Shown here: positions 11,209-25,600 of the stretch, piece by piece
How positions within the stretch are numbered: the stretch's first letter is position 1
Layout of the letters: each line of letters opens with the position of its first letter
Made by a program: the position numbers and the translations under genes
Source of the DNA: Phallusia mammillata
Taxonomy: Eukaryota
Assembly: GCA_965637545.1 (NCBI GenBank)
Contig: OZ281498.1
Coordinates: forward strand, 13,144,001-13,208,000
DNA length: 64,000 nt
Direction of reading: 5' to 3'
Notes under the pieces: generated by a model
What the model saw: only the letters and a program-made list of their open reading frames with translations
What the model was told of the DNA's origin: nothing
Databases searched by the model: none

Positions 11209-12675
11209 GCCTTTTCTGTTCCTTGTGATAAAATAAGTTACATTGAACTCAGATAAAAACGTTAGGATGCCTAAACAAATTTCAAGATGGTCGATTTGAC
11301 AAGTTGTATGAAACTTGTTCACAAGTTTGGTGGTTCTAATTTTGTGTCGGTCAAGTAGTATCTGCTGCATCCTAGTAGCGGAACCTGATTGGTTGAACCA
11401 TAGACCACTGTGTTTAGTATGCTATGGTTGAACCAGAGACTACTATTTGGCTGAACTAATGCCTTAAATCAAAAATGTAGGCAAAAATGATTCTACAAAC
11501 TCATTGTGAGCATAAAACGCATTCATGCGTTGCCCGCCCACGAAACAAATGAACAAGACAGACCGTTGAGATAAGAAGATTGAAACAAGAAACGATAAAT
11601 TTATTTGGAAGTTTTTACACAAACAAATCAAGTTTTCTGAGATCTTGCCGGGGAATTCCCAAATTAAAACTTTAAAACGCAGAAACACTGTGGATTTTAC
11701 AATTCTACATTACGAGTGATTGAACTTGCAATGGATTATTATTGGGAAGATTTTTGCTTCTTCGATATTTTGCAAACACTGAAAACATTAAGCAAAGAAC
11801 TAAAAGAACCGGTAACTAAAGTGGATGAGGGAAAAGCGAAAATCACGGGAGCGGCGGCATTTCTTGTTTACTTTTCAGTTTTCAGACAGAAACAGTCGGT
11901 AATGTTACACAGAAATGCCTGAGCGTGTTAGTGCTGGTTGTTGGCAGTGTTGATGATGCTGATTGCTAACATGAAGCTTTGCAGACTAAATGTTGCATTG
12001 TTGTATTCGGAGGTTGACATGCGGAAATGATGTTTCGGTGGTAACTCCAGTTAATGTATTAGAAACAAAAGCTGAACGTAAAACTAAATTTGAGACGAAC
12101 ATTAAAGAAAGAGGTTAACAGGAAAGCAAAATATTGTGGTCAGTGGTAGAGGTTAGAGTTTTATATAAGCTATTGCTGCCAACTACATTTGCCAGAAGAG
12201 CTTTACAAACTTGTTAGAGTTTTATATTTTTACAAAATATTTGTTTATGAGGCATTTGCGCCAGCTGCCAACATAAAATGTAAAAGAAAAACTTTGCTCG
12301 CTTTAATTTGTGAAGTATTTAATGCAAGGCATATCAAAGTCAAACGATGTGTTTCAAGGGCTGTGTGTATACTATAGTGTAGTTACCTTAAACAAAAAAT
12401 AAGGTGAAAATTTGGAGATGCATCAATTTGTTCAGACAAAGTGTCTGAGTTTTCTTCATTTTATTTTTCCTCTTACTCAAGAACTTCACAACTATCATTT
12501 GACTGTATATAATTAAGTTGGCATGTTCAGGGTTTTATTCACACATATAGTCAACCTTTGTTTGTGTTTATTTATTTTTTAATCTTCAAATCACAATACA
12601 TTCAATTTAAAACTAGTGTAGAAAAGGCTGGTGTGGATAGGGTTTTGATTTGAAAACATTTTGAAAAAAACCGAG

Positions 12676-12801
12676 ACAGCTGTTTGTGCAATGGTTTGGT
12701 TTTTAATTGATGCAGTATTACTTTTCCATTTATTTTTTTGCAGTTAAAATCATGTCCAAACTGTTACAAGCAGGCAACCAAACCATTGCACAAACAGCTG
12801 T
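12676..12801. repeat. Perfect 26-bp inverted repeat with a 74-nt spacer
   Basis: ACAGCTGTTTGTGCAATGGTTTGGTT (12676-12701) and its exact reverse complement (12776-12801). Confidence 0.9.
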
Positions 12802-13620
12802 GCTTTTTTCATATTAATGCAACATTTGAAACTTAATGAGATAAATTGAGTAATGTTAATGTTTTTTGCCTGATATTTAAGTTAATTCAAGTCTTCAATG
12901 TAGGGATTTGTAACCTTGTGTATCACCAATACAGGGTAATAAAATGCGGTGTCAAATAAAAGGCCTATTTGTTACATAGTTTAGTGTGGTAATTTTTTTG
13001 TTCTCATGAAAACAACAACGCCACTAAATGAAAAAAGTCATATTAACTTCAGGATTTTATTTTATTATTACTATTTTATGTACTTCATCAGTCGTTGTAG
13101 ACATGAGGTAATAAACATGCCCAAAAAACAACTGATTTTGGGAATAACTGATTTAATGTCTGGTGGTCTTGTTATTCGTCTCTTGAATGGTAGTTTGCCT
13201 TCCATTCCATATTTTGCAACCTTTTCCAAGACTGTATTACTTGCATTTCTATGCTTTCAAAGCAACTCAATTTTCATCTTAAACATATTTCGGACTTGTA
13301 GTTGAATACACGTTACAGTGTCACACCATTTCAAAATAATGCATTGTTTATGTGAGACATTGTGTTGTACCCAAAAACCAGTGTTTTGCCTTTTTAAGCT
13401 TCAGCAATTATTTAAAAAACAAATACTGTATCTTTTTTTGTTGTTTAAGCTGGCTGTTTGTACAACTTTGTTGGGTGGATTACGAAATTGACAGATTGTA
13501 TGCAAAAAGTTTTAAGATTGAAAACTTTTTTTTTAGACAATTATTTGTTACTATTGTGTTTTTATATTCTGTGAAAATGGTACACTGAAAATCTGGACTA
13601 GTGTACATTTACATGCCAAA

Positions 13621-16600
13621 ATGCCTGAAACAAGACGTTTTGCCCAAGGCCTCAAGCGCAAAGGCACTGCATCAAAAAGAAGAGAGAGTGCAAGCATAGC
13701 TGCAAGAGCTAGTAGTATCTACTCTACTGGATTTGAGATAGTAAGTACAATACCTAAAACTTTTAACCATAATTCGAAATAAAATGTTTGGAAACTAAAA
13801 AAGATGATAAAAATAAAAACTGTAATCTGTAAGGAAAAGCAAATTTTAATTACAAATGCACAAAATTAACAAAAGGTTTATTCCGAAACTTGTCAAAAAA
13901 GTGTGTATGTGAAATCTATGCATGTCATGCTGATTTTAACTATGTAGTACATCCCTCTCAATTTTACTATTATTTTTCCAGTTTCTAACCTGTGTGTAAA
14001 GGTTAGCATAGTGTATGTTTTGGTTTTATAGTTTTACAGTAAAATTGTCCATTACACTTCACTTTTCTTGGTGCAGTTCATTCAGACAAAATCATGACTT
14101 TGTTTTTCTAATGCCTTGCACATATAACCGTGGGAAACCTTTGTTGGCAAAAATGACGTATTGCCATTCCCTAAAGATGAGTGGTTTTTCCCTATAAGGG
14201 CAGGTTCAGGGGTGATATCATGGCTATTGATCGCACGTGGTAGCACTTATGTGGCGTTCTGAGCCATGGGGAAAGTTTTTACTTTTGATGAAATAAGTGC
14301 AGAGAAAATGCGGATCGAAAAATACCTGAGTTGTGACTGGTTGGTTGGTTACAGAGCGTTGGAATAGCACAACCTTCCTCACCTGTGACGGCCCTGTGCT
14401 GAAACGCTTCGCTGCTCACCGGGCGCACTTATGAGTGGAAAATCGCACATTTTACCGTTAGAATTGTGCAATTTAGCCTCGGGCCAATTGAATGGACTTA
14501 CTCAGGTTACGGTGCAACATGAAGACTGTTAGCAAAAACGTGCCTAAAATTGAACGTGAATACACATACGTATGATCTGTGACGCAGTTTGTCAGCTAAG
14601 TTCGTATTGATTTATTTAGGGAGCAACAAATGTTTCCCACTGCACGAAAAGAACCCTGATTGTTCTCATTTGTCGTGACATAGGGGTGTGACAACAGGAA
14701 AGTTACTTGCTTTACTGAGGATTTGCTTAAGTTTCTAACAGCTAAGTAAACTTATCAGGTTTAACCTAATAAATCTCGAACAGATGGAAACTTGTTAGGT
14801 TTGACAATGGTTTGTTTTTGTTAGTTTTGAGGGTTTTTTCATTGCCTTCGGAATGCATCAGAAGATAGAGCTTTAGGATAGTATAGCATTGTAAACATTT
14901 GAAACTGTTGGATATGTTTCTGAATGTGAAACTGTTAACCTACTCTCGTCCGAATTCGCATGTACGATTGTTGTCTACACCGCATGAAATCAGACAGCAA
15001 TTTAGGCATAGCGATAATAATATGCTGAAAAGGCGATTAAGGCAGCACAGCTATGTAGCGAAGTTTGTCGACTGCTCTTCATTAAAGCGTGACCGATTAA
15101 GCGATTATATGATCGTAGAATTGAGGCTTTAAAACGTGAGCTGTTTGTGTTTGTTCAAGAAACTCCATTGAATGACGCGCCCTGTAGAGTTTTTACGGAA
15201 CACTTCCGCTTGTGTGCATAATGTGCATTGCTCCCCTCCAGTATTACGTTGCATACACGTTTTGCTAAAGCAAACACATGTTGTTTTGGCGAGAATATGG
15301 AAATTTTTGTGACCTCCAATTTGTATTGCTGAGGAAAGAATTTTGTGTTAGGTTTGCCTGTGCAACCAGTTGTATTGATGCTTTTTATGAAACACTCTTT
15401 TCGTGCCCTTGCTTGTTCGAATAGGCACAAAATACGTTTCTTACATTTCATCATTGATTAAGATCGTTTACTAAATATGCAAATTATATGTAAGGTATAA
15501 ACATGATACAATGTGTCACAGTTATAAAGCGCAACACAAAACGTGGGCGAGTGTTTGACAACAATTCCATTTCCTTCTAAGATTTGGCATTACACCAAGA
15601 CGTGGGTTTAGAATACGGCACTGAAGCCAGTTAAGCTTTTATAGCGTTTTTTTGCTCAGTAGATCTGCTTGTTATGGCTTCTTTGCCAAACATTCTTGTA
15701 ACCAGTGAGGATTCCCGTAAGCAGGTGTGTAGTACCTTTTGCAATAAACGTTTTACGCCAGTTTCCATACACTGATACAGCAGTTTTTTATCGTGGGTAG
15801 TGTAATTAGTTATAAATTGCTTTATGTGGGCTGAGATAGCTCCTGTTAAGGTGGTTACGTAGGCCTTCGTTGTTTAGTGACACTGAGAAACTTTCGACGT
15901 TTGGCAGATTGTACTTATTTCAGTATATGACTTTTTGTCTTGTTTGTTGCGTTGTTTTGATGTAAATCGGTGATATTCAGATTTAATGCCATGACATTGC
16001 GGCCTATAAATTTGCTATTTTGTTTTCAGGATATAAAATCATCGGAACCAGTCGATTACGAGGCTTACGTGTTAAAAAGAGCATCCGAAATCCAACACGA
16101 TTCTCAACGCAACCTCCTCACTTTTCCATCCGACGACATTGCGGTATGTAAAGTGAAGTGGTGAACGTCAAGCAATCTAGCAGAAGACAATGTTTATCAG
16201 TTTGCTACACCATGTCTGATAAGACACCATTGCCCAAATACTTTCATGAGCTTTCTCATACCACTTGCGTTGGACTGTTCACTGAATGATTTGTATTAGA
16301 AATAGTAACGTTTTTTTCTTAATTTAAACACAATCGTGCTATTAGACTCAGTTAATTATGACGACAACCATGCATGTACTTATTCGCATAAAAATCTCCA
16401 GGCCTTGTGCAAGATTGTGTGTAATTTGCGGTTTCTGAAAGAGCCTAAATAATACTTAGCAAAGTGTATTATTTGATCCTATTCAACCATTGGAAACAAA
16501 ATTTGCCGCTCGTTTTGGAACTGTGTCCATACTTCCGTTCCCTGTTTATTGCCAATTCTGCCGGAGTAATTTGCTACTGGGACATATTTGGAAAACATGT

Positions 16601-19600
16601 GTTTGTGAGGGAGTATGTGTGCCAAACTGCTGCCATTTCACACGTTTGAACGACAACAGCCTGTCAAACAATGCTATTGATTTGTTGACCTTTTTGTTTT
16701 GTTTACACTAGGCCACCACACGGGCCCGTGAACGACGGACGGTAGTGGACACTGTCCCTGTGGGTGCGTCCAAAGAAGCGTCAAGTCTCTTTGTGAAAGA
16801 GGTAAGACTTCTGTCACGAAGCACTTTATGCATGTAATCTGTTTAAAGTCCATATGCATAATTATTTGGTCGTTTTTTTGCGATTGTGTGTGTCGGGCCA
16901 ATGGCCTGTTCTTTTTAGTTTTTGAAAAATAATTACCTGTTAGGGTTCTGACCTGTAATTAGATGTAACAATTAACTGTCAGGGTTTCTAAAATTTGTGA
17001 AATTATGTTGAATCGTTTGCAATTTTTTGATATTGAAAAATTCTATGATGTCACTATTGATAATACAATAATAACTCAGGTGTGACGTAAATCACTCTTT
17101 TTTGGAAACAAACTTTGTATTAACATGAATTTAGCTGAGGGACACGGATTTGTACACGATTTGTTCATGTGTGCGTTGTTTCAAAGTCTAGCAGACTTGC
17201 CCTCCCTTATCCATATTCACCAAAACGCCAAAAACAATTGACTCGAAAGTAATAAATCTCAAACAAAACAAACAAAGGCGCGGTGTGTAATATGTCAACA
17301 AACCAAGTTATGTCAACATTGTAGTGCATCAAGACTTACACACAAAACTGGAACTTGGTGGAAAATAAATATGAGGCTTATGCTGGCAGTTATCTCGACC
17401 TACCCTCCAACGACGACAATGGTCCACCAGTCTTACCCGAACAGGTATTTTATGTTTATTACATGGCGCTGCACAGTTTCTCCCTGCCCTCGCACTGTGA
17501 TTATGTATCAATCACCAACATTAGCTCTGTTGTGTTTTGCTGTAACTTGAGACAGACGGGTTGTATTTTGTTGATGTTTCTTCAGTGATGTGCCCAACCC
17601 TATTTAAACGTTTATTTTTAAACCATACCCATGATTAGCAAAACCATTTATGAATCTACAATTGCTTGTTTCGGTATGATGTGGTTAACCTGAACACACC
17701 ACGTTTACCGCAATCAATATAAAACCACCACAATCGACAAATAGCCACTGTACAGGAGCACTCCATCCTGAGCCTAATTGATACAAGTCCCTAGGGAAAA
17801 TTTCCATTTGCAACCGGCCACTGAATTTCTGAATTCAATAACATAATGCATTGCACGGTTTTAAGCAACTTTAGACTCCTGTAATGTTGACTTCAATTTC
17901 TTGATAGGTTTTCGAAGTCGACGAAGCGACTGGACTAGAAGACGACGTTAACACTGTACAAAAAGAAGGGGTGACGCGTATGGGCTATTTACATAAGGCC
18001 CCCGCATATGGAGTATCCAGCATTTCGATTCGGGTGAGTATAAACAACAGTTTCTTGTAAGTTCATTTTATGTTTGCAAATAGCCTCGGTATACACATCA
18101 CCGTATACTTGAAGACATGAAAGAACATGTTGCTAATGATTGCAACAGAGCTTGTCGAACTTCTCACATATATATTCCTATTGACTTTTTTGTGTAAACT
18201 TTTGCAGCATTGAAAATGCAGTTTTGATTACAATCGAAGTTGGGTGGGCACTCTTAGGGTTGCCTGGTCAAGAATGACTTGCATTAATTTTTTACAATAT
18301 TCCAGTACTCGTTCAATTCCGGACGTATTAGTTACAATTAATCTGGTGCTTCCAGCACCAATCAATGTGTATGGGTGACATTTATTACTAAGGCAATTAT
18401 TTTTTGACTTGTCAAATAAAGTCAAAAATTTGTCAAAATTTTTAGAATAGGTCAAAAAATGTCAAAATTGTTTACAAAGTCAATTTTTTTTACAAAGTTA
18501 AAATTGTTTAGAAACTGCATTGTCGTGGTGTTGTAGAGGTTGCATGTCAGTGAACTTTTCATTTCACACCTTGTAGCCTACTTTATACTGTTGTAAATGG
18601 CCCATTATCTCCTTCTTGTGAATCATAAACCATCAAGTGATTGAAATAATTAGGTTGACATGGTGTGATGCTCAACATACCTCAAAACGTGCACAATTTT
18701 AGTAGGTTCCAAGTCATTTTACAGCAGCTGTAAGTTAGGTGCAGCTCTTGCTTCGGTTTTGCTTTAGATACTTCGTGTATCTTTCGTTTAGACAAATGTA
18801 TTGAACAATTTTCGTTTTGTCTTAGCTGCAGTTTTTTGACAGTGATTTTTGATTAGCTCATTTCCGTTTTCAGAATAAGCTAGGTATGCGTTCAGATTTT
18901 TGCCCTTCTGTTAGACTTTTGCACATTTTTCGCTCTAGTTAGATTAGCCTACAGCCATATTTAAACTTTTCGTACAATAATGTGTCATTTAACCACTTGA
19001 ATTCTTCATAGGTCAAAATTTTGTCAAAAAAAAGTTTTTTAAAGTCAAAATTTGTCGTTTTTTAGGTCAAAAAATAATTGCCCTATTTATTACACATAAA
19101 AATCACTACAGTTGTACCTGCATCGCAAAAAGCAATTTACTAATTTGATGTTTAGTTATAAAAAGGTATCTTGCAGCGCGTCTGGTCAAGGCACGACTTT
19201 GATTTGTGACGTGAAAGGTGACGTCATATTTCCGACCAAGTTACATCCGCCCTTGCGCTTTAAGAACATAACTTTTGTCAGTGACGTAGGTTACAAGCCT
19301 TTTTTGCGCAAAACAGTCAAAATTCAGATTAAAGCAAGTGCTATAATTGATGTTTGGTATTTTTGTAGTCGTGCATTTTTCCAACACAAAATAGACCATT
19401 CACAATGCACCGATAGCTTGGTCTGTTTAAAAGCAAACAGCTTGAAGTGTCCTTTATACTTGAGTCATTTATATCTGCCATGACTTGAAATTTGCAATCG
19501 TACAAGAGCGTGTGAATAGCAGGAAAATTAACTGAGGAAATAGGTTACCATTGAATAAGATTTAGTGCCCTTCCTGTTTTGCCCGATCTTCAAACGTACT

Positions 19601-22600
19601 AGTATATAAATAATGTTACACACATTTTTTAGTTTAAATGATGCCGTGTCTAGATGACTGATATTTTGTTCCAAGCATTAAACGTTTGTGGCAAACAGCT
19701 GACATCCAATTGTATGATGACGCAATACTGCCAACACACCCAAGGAAGTAATTTGTCGTTGACAGTTCATTGTGGCACAGGAATGATTAAATGTTAACAT
19801 ACCAATGAGCTTGCAATGTTTTTACCAAAATGAACAGTTTAACCCAAAATGCTAACACATGGACACGACTCTTATTATTTTAACTGAACATTTTCACTGG
19901 TGCACTAATAAAGGATCTTCTAATGTCGTTTTCCAGATGTCAAGACTGCTGACCTGGTGTAGACACCTTTCCTGAATATTCAACCATGAACGGAACTATT
20001 TAACTTATGTTTGTTTTGTTCGTTGACAGTCATTCAAGCGTCGATATTTCCACCTGAAGCAACTCCCTGATAGCTCCTACATCCTCAACTATTACAAAGA
20101 TGAAAAGATCAGCAAGGACCCGAAAGGAGCTATATATCTTGATTCATGTATTGGTGCGCACACGGTGAGTCTGGTGAGTGCATGCATCAGTGCCTGGTGC
20201 AGTTCGTTATTTTGCTTCTTTTGTTTTTAAGAGTGCTGTTTACATTGGTTGCCCATTTTGCTGGGTTGTTGTTTCAATAGGCATTGAAGCGGTTTTTCGT
20301 TGAAAATAAGTCGCTGAGTGCTGTGTTACTAACGCATGTCGGTTTGTATTTTGTATAGATGTGTATTTATTGGGTGCAACTGCATAATTGGTGTTCATTT
20401 GATTAAATAAAAGTGATAAATTGATATTCCTCTCTTTACTCGGAATCAAACTGACACGTTTGTCAAAAAAGGCCGGCGATCACTCTACCAGATTTCCCAA
20501 ACCCACTCGAAAACTTAACTTACAACTAGTTCCCACTGAAGCAAAAGATTTCACCAATTTCAAGCATGTTTGTTTTTTGTTCACCACACATCATTACTAT
20601 GCATCTTGTAAAGCCATGCCCACGTACGTCGTGTGTTCGACGATGTGCTTTAAACGCACCTTGGATATTTGCAGACCACAAAGGGTAGAAAACATGCGTT
20701 TGAAGTTCGGATGCAGGATCAGACCTGTCACTTGTTGGCTGCTGACACTGAATCTGACGCTAACGAATGGATAGCCACAATCAACATGGCTTTGCAAAAC
20801 ACCATAGAGGCGCAAGTCATACAAAAGGACAAATGTGGTGAGTGCTGCATAAGTTCCGTTTTTTTTTTCTGTTTACGATAAAACATTACCCGACATTTTT
20901 CAATTGGTACATGGCCAATCATGTAGTTTAAATAAGATCGTTGTTTGTACTACTTTCTATTTAGCAAAGTTATGCATTAGCATTGAGTTGTTGCATGACT
21001 TGCTTGTCGAAACTTGTGCACAGTTAAAGAACAATAGACTCTTATGATCGACGACCATCGCAATAGCCAATTTTCATTTGCACAGAACAAGAATCGAAAC
21101 AAAACGGCGATTCATGCGGAAGTTTGGAAGGTGTCAAGAGTACAATGCATCCGGAACTGGTAAAATATGCACGAGAAACTGATCAGAAAAACTCGATGGC
21201 TCGAAAAGAGGGAAGACAAAATGTATTTCGTATCTACCCTGATTTCCAAAACCGATACGTCAAGGTGGGTGTCATAAGCCAACTATCTATTATCTGTTTA
21301 TATTGTTTTTACTACTGCCAATGTGGAAAAAGATGAAAATATAGCTGATGATTACATGTGTTTTCCATAGTAAGGTAAACCCACAGCTAAAGTGAGTCCT
21401 ATCTCATACTTTTTTTGTGTCATATTTGTTTTTTACGCAGTTTTACAGTACATTTACCAAGTCCAAAATATTTTTACAGTTACAAAAATTACAATTAAAG
21501 ATACACTGATTTCCTATGCATCATTTGTTTAGATGTTGCTTTTCAGCTATGATTTGTTCTGGCACATAAAGCTGTTGCCTACGCCCCTTTTATTCTTCCG
21601 ATGCACTGACCAATATATTACTCACGCCCTAATGGAAACGGTGACGTAACATGCAATTACATCGCCGCCCTGTCTGCGGCCGTCATAGCTAACTTTAGCT
21701 TTGTTGACTGTCTTATTTCAATCGAAACTTGCTTTGACATGTAGGCTTAACAAATGCTTTAACTTTAAAACCAAAAAAATTCCGATCTATTTTTGTTCAT
21801 TCGCCTCCAAGTTTAACCTTTTCAGTCTCATATTTACATTCACTGCCATTGTAAACGTTCGTCAATGTACCTCTGTTTACATAAGCGCTTAAGAAATCAC
21901 CCCAGGCGAGTTGGACTTGGCCGTACAAGTTTAAGGTGATCGTTCTTTTAGAACGCCAAATTTATCAAAAGTTCTTGATTTTGACATTCAGAACCCTGCC
22001 AATAAAGACAAATCTCCAGACATAGTTCCACCAACCATCCTTAAACCGTCTACCCGGGTTTTGGTGTCGTGCAAGAGCATTTCCTTCTCACTGACTGGGG
22101 TTGTTATTGATGGTGCTGAGGAACCAGTCACTAATGTAAGTCAAGGGAGAAAGTGCATGTGTATTCATATGTTATATATTTGAATTGTAATCTAGGTGGA
22201 GCCGTTTTTTGTCACCTTGGCTTTGTATGACGTGACTGCTGGAAGGAAGATTTCAGCGGATTTGCAAGTGGATTTGAATCATCCACTTGTAAGTAAACAC
22301 AAATTTATACGTTCTTTTACCTTCTCTTTATTATCATATTATTGTTCAGTAATAACCGAAATGACTGATTTTATTTTCGTTGAGAAATTAACCTCATGTG
22401 AAAACCCTTAGTGTTCTGTCTGAAAAAGAAATCACGCATTTATCAGTACAGTAACTAGATGACACTGTACAAAGCAATATCACAATTCACTTTACTTTAT
22501 TACACGTTATAATTCGTATGAAGGCAACTTGAAATAACGTATAATTGTTTTACTTGTGACGTAGGTTCGACGTATGATCCCCGATCGCGCTTTGACGAAC

Positions 22601-25600
22601 ACAAAGCGAACTTCAAACATATCGGAGGATCCAAAAGTGGGCGAACCTACATTACAGAAAGTCGACACACAATGGATTGCTTATCCGAAACAGGTAAGTC
22701 TTCGCATTTTACTACCTTGGTCAAACCGAAAGCGTTTAGCACACTTAGCCCTTATGCAACATCTACGTAAGTTGGATAAATCATTTATCTTTTTGATATA
22801 ATAAGTGTGTGTTTGCCATTGTCATGCCTTAAATAAATTTCGTGGTAACATGATTTTAAAAATATTTCGTGTTAACATTTTGCAGGGAATTTTCTCGGTG
22901 ACGAAACCTCACAGCGAAATCTATCTTGTGGCGAAGATTGAAAAAGTTTTGCAGGGCAGCATTAAGTCGTGCGCACAACCCTACATGAAATTTGACAGTG
23001 ACAATCACAAAACTGCTTTGAAAGTAAGCTTTACTGCTTATATTTTTGACAAAAATCGGAAGCACAATCGTTAAGATCTACTTACAGTTTTACATAGGAT
23101 TTGTATGCCTTATGATTTAATAGCTTTTTAAAGTTGTAAGGTTGCGTAGGATATTTATCTTTTAATACATTTTTGCAATATAACTTAACATGTTCCCTAA
23201 AAATATCGTATGTTTGCAAGTCTTAGATGAGGGTGATTAAGATATGGCGTTTGATTGCTAAATCCCTGGTTTGTTGAGCAAGCACGGGTATTTGCTTGGG
23301 CAACGATTTCACTTTAACCAATATTTGCCCACTCTTGGTCACGCGGCAGTGTAATGAAGTTTTATGGGGTTGCGCGCTTAACCCAAATTGCAACTGCATC
23401 CCTTGTCAAATTATTTAGTCTTTGTTATTGTAGTCCAGTTTTGTAACAAAATCAAAACCAAACCAGTGAGCGTTTTCCCTTATGTCTGTGTTTAAATGTG
23501 GCAATATATGTCGGTAAATGCATTTCTTTATGTTGTGAATCGGCTCCTTGGTACAACTGACTTAGTGACACGTTGGGTTGCTAATCAAGTTTTAGCTCAT
23601 TTGTGGATATTTTTACACAGGTATTAAAGCATGCGAAAACAGCTTGCCAGAGATTAGGACAATACCGTATGCCATTCGCGTGGACAGCAAAGTGAGTATT
23701 GGTCATCAGTACTTCGACTGAATGTTTGGCTTTTTTGAAATCCTCGCTTTTCAATATTTTGACACAAGAATTTTCAAAAAATCATTTTTTTCAAAAATAT
23801 CTGGAAGGAGAAATTCATACATCCATGCGCTTTTAACGTTAATTTATTGCTTTCGGCATAATAAACAAAGTGTAAACCTAAATGTATCAACATATCCGTT
23901 TTTGAGGTAGCAAATGTATATGTGGTGTGAAGTAGATAATTAAAAAAACATTTGTCGTTAGGCAACTGTTCACCGACACCAAGGGTAACATTAATCAACA
24001 TGGATTTGAAGTTGTTTACAAACAGGAATCGTCCAAACTAGCTGAAGAAGATTTGCTGAAATTTCTTTCTGACTTTAAAAGGTAATTATTCAGTCTTATT
24101 TACTAACCGGACTATTTGGCGCGTAGAATTGTTTTGGTTTGAACTTCGCTATTGGTAAAGGCGAATATGAAAAAAATACAAGAACCTAAATATTTTAAAT
24201 TAATTAAAACCTTTTTATTTGCATCCGCCCCGGTTATGCTGTCTCGATATTTTGGCAAGTGGTTCGATAATGTCAACGAACTTGTGTGACCTGCTTAGTG
24301 TTCCACCAATGTGGATGACATTACATGACAATTACCAATCGTGGAAAGCACTCAATGTTTCAAATGTCGTTTGGACAATAATCCGGTCATGGCCCACGAA
24401 GTAAACTTTAAGCTTGAGTGATATGAAATTGTGTGTTCTGCAGTACGTACTTCCCTTAGAATCGTTACCTTTGCAAATAAATTTAAGGTATTGTATGCAA
24501 ACATAATGGTTTTACGTTCGGCCCACTACCCAGCATTTAAGGATTGGCTCTGTAGACTCTTGGCGACCTTTAGACATTTCGTTGTGCCCCACATAAAATA
24601 TTTATTCGTTTTACCAACCTTTTTACGAATGCGTGCTGTTCCGAATTTTTGATGTAAAATAAAAATTTAACATTGTTTGTTTTTTAGACCCGAAAAATTG
24701 TCAAAGCTCGAATATATTGATTGTGATTTGCGACTTGGAATTGATTCGGTTCCCAGAGATTTGCCAAGTAAGAGATTTAATTAATTTTGTGGTATTATGG
24801 GTCCCCTTCCCTGAAGGGGACACATATTGATTTTACTCGGAATGTTTTTGTTTTTTTTGTTTTTTTCTTCTTTTTTTTTTTCTTCCCAAAGTTTGTCTGA
24901 CTCGTTTTTCCATCAAATGTTTGATGGATTTGGCTGAAATTTACACAGATGGTAGATATAGTTATGTAGATGTGCATCCCACTTTGTTTTTGTTGATAAC
25001 CCCAGTATTTACCCCACTAGCCCCCTAAATTTGGTATTTTTCCCCCGAAGTTTGTCCGACTCGTTTTTCCATCAAATGTTTGATGGATTCGGCTGAAATT
25101 TACACAGATGGTAGATATAGTTACGTAGATGTGCATCCCACTTTGTTTTTGTTGATAACCCCAGTATTTACCCCACTCGCCCCCTAAAATGGGTGTTTTT
25201 ACCCAAAGTTTGTCCGACTCGTTTTTCCATCAAATGTTTGATGGATTTGGCTGAAATTTACACAGATGGTAGATATATTTATGTAGATGTGCATCCCACT
25301 TTGTTTTTGTTGATAACCCCAGTATTTACCCCGCTAGCCCCCTAAAATGGGTGAGTTTTTAAACAGTGTCAGAATTGGCTGAAATTTGGATTTCTTGTAT
25401 AGTATGCCATGTTACTGGGCACCACAAACGAAAGATTTCTTTGGAGCAATAGTGTTACAAGGGCAACCAGTTGTATTTTGCTCGTTGGTGGGTTGCTTGG
25501 TGGTCGTTTTTGCGCCATGGCAGTTAGGGGCTTGTTAACAGCCCTATGACGTCAGAAACATTAACGGTTGTTGCTTAAAACACCTCTAGTGGTCGAAATT

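Larger units (their letters stand above)
17908..20837 (+). other. DOCK PH domain (exons 5-7)
   Basis: [10 protein letters not shown]...[26 protein letters not shown]...KGAIYLDSC...HAFEVRMQ...[17 protein letters not shown]. Confidence 0.9.

Noticed and set aside
11035-11256. DLIGVCDITETF as a LINE endonuclease remnant
   Set aside because: Only one short motif, adjacent to a local duplication; no other APE motifs.
14492-14506. Alternative DOCK first exon MDFTQ with a phase-0 donor
   Set aside because: The donor (GTTACG) is weak and the exon is too short to support from sequence alone.
18874-18883. 10-nt AG..GT microexon candidate
   Set aside because: It shifts the frame and has no compensating partner; it shows such windows arise by chance.
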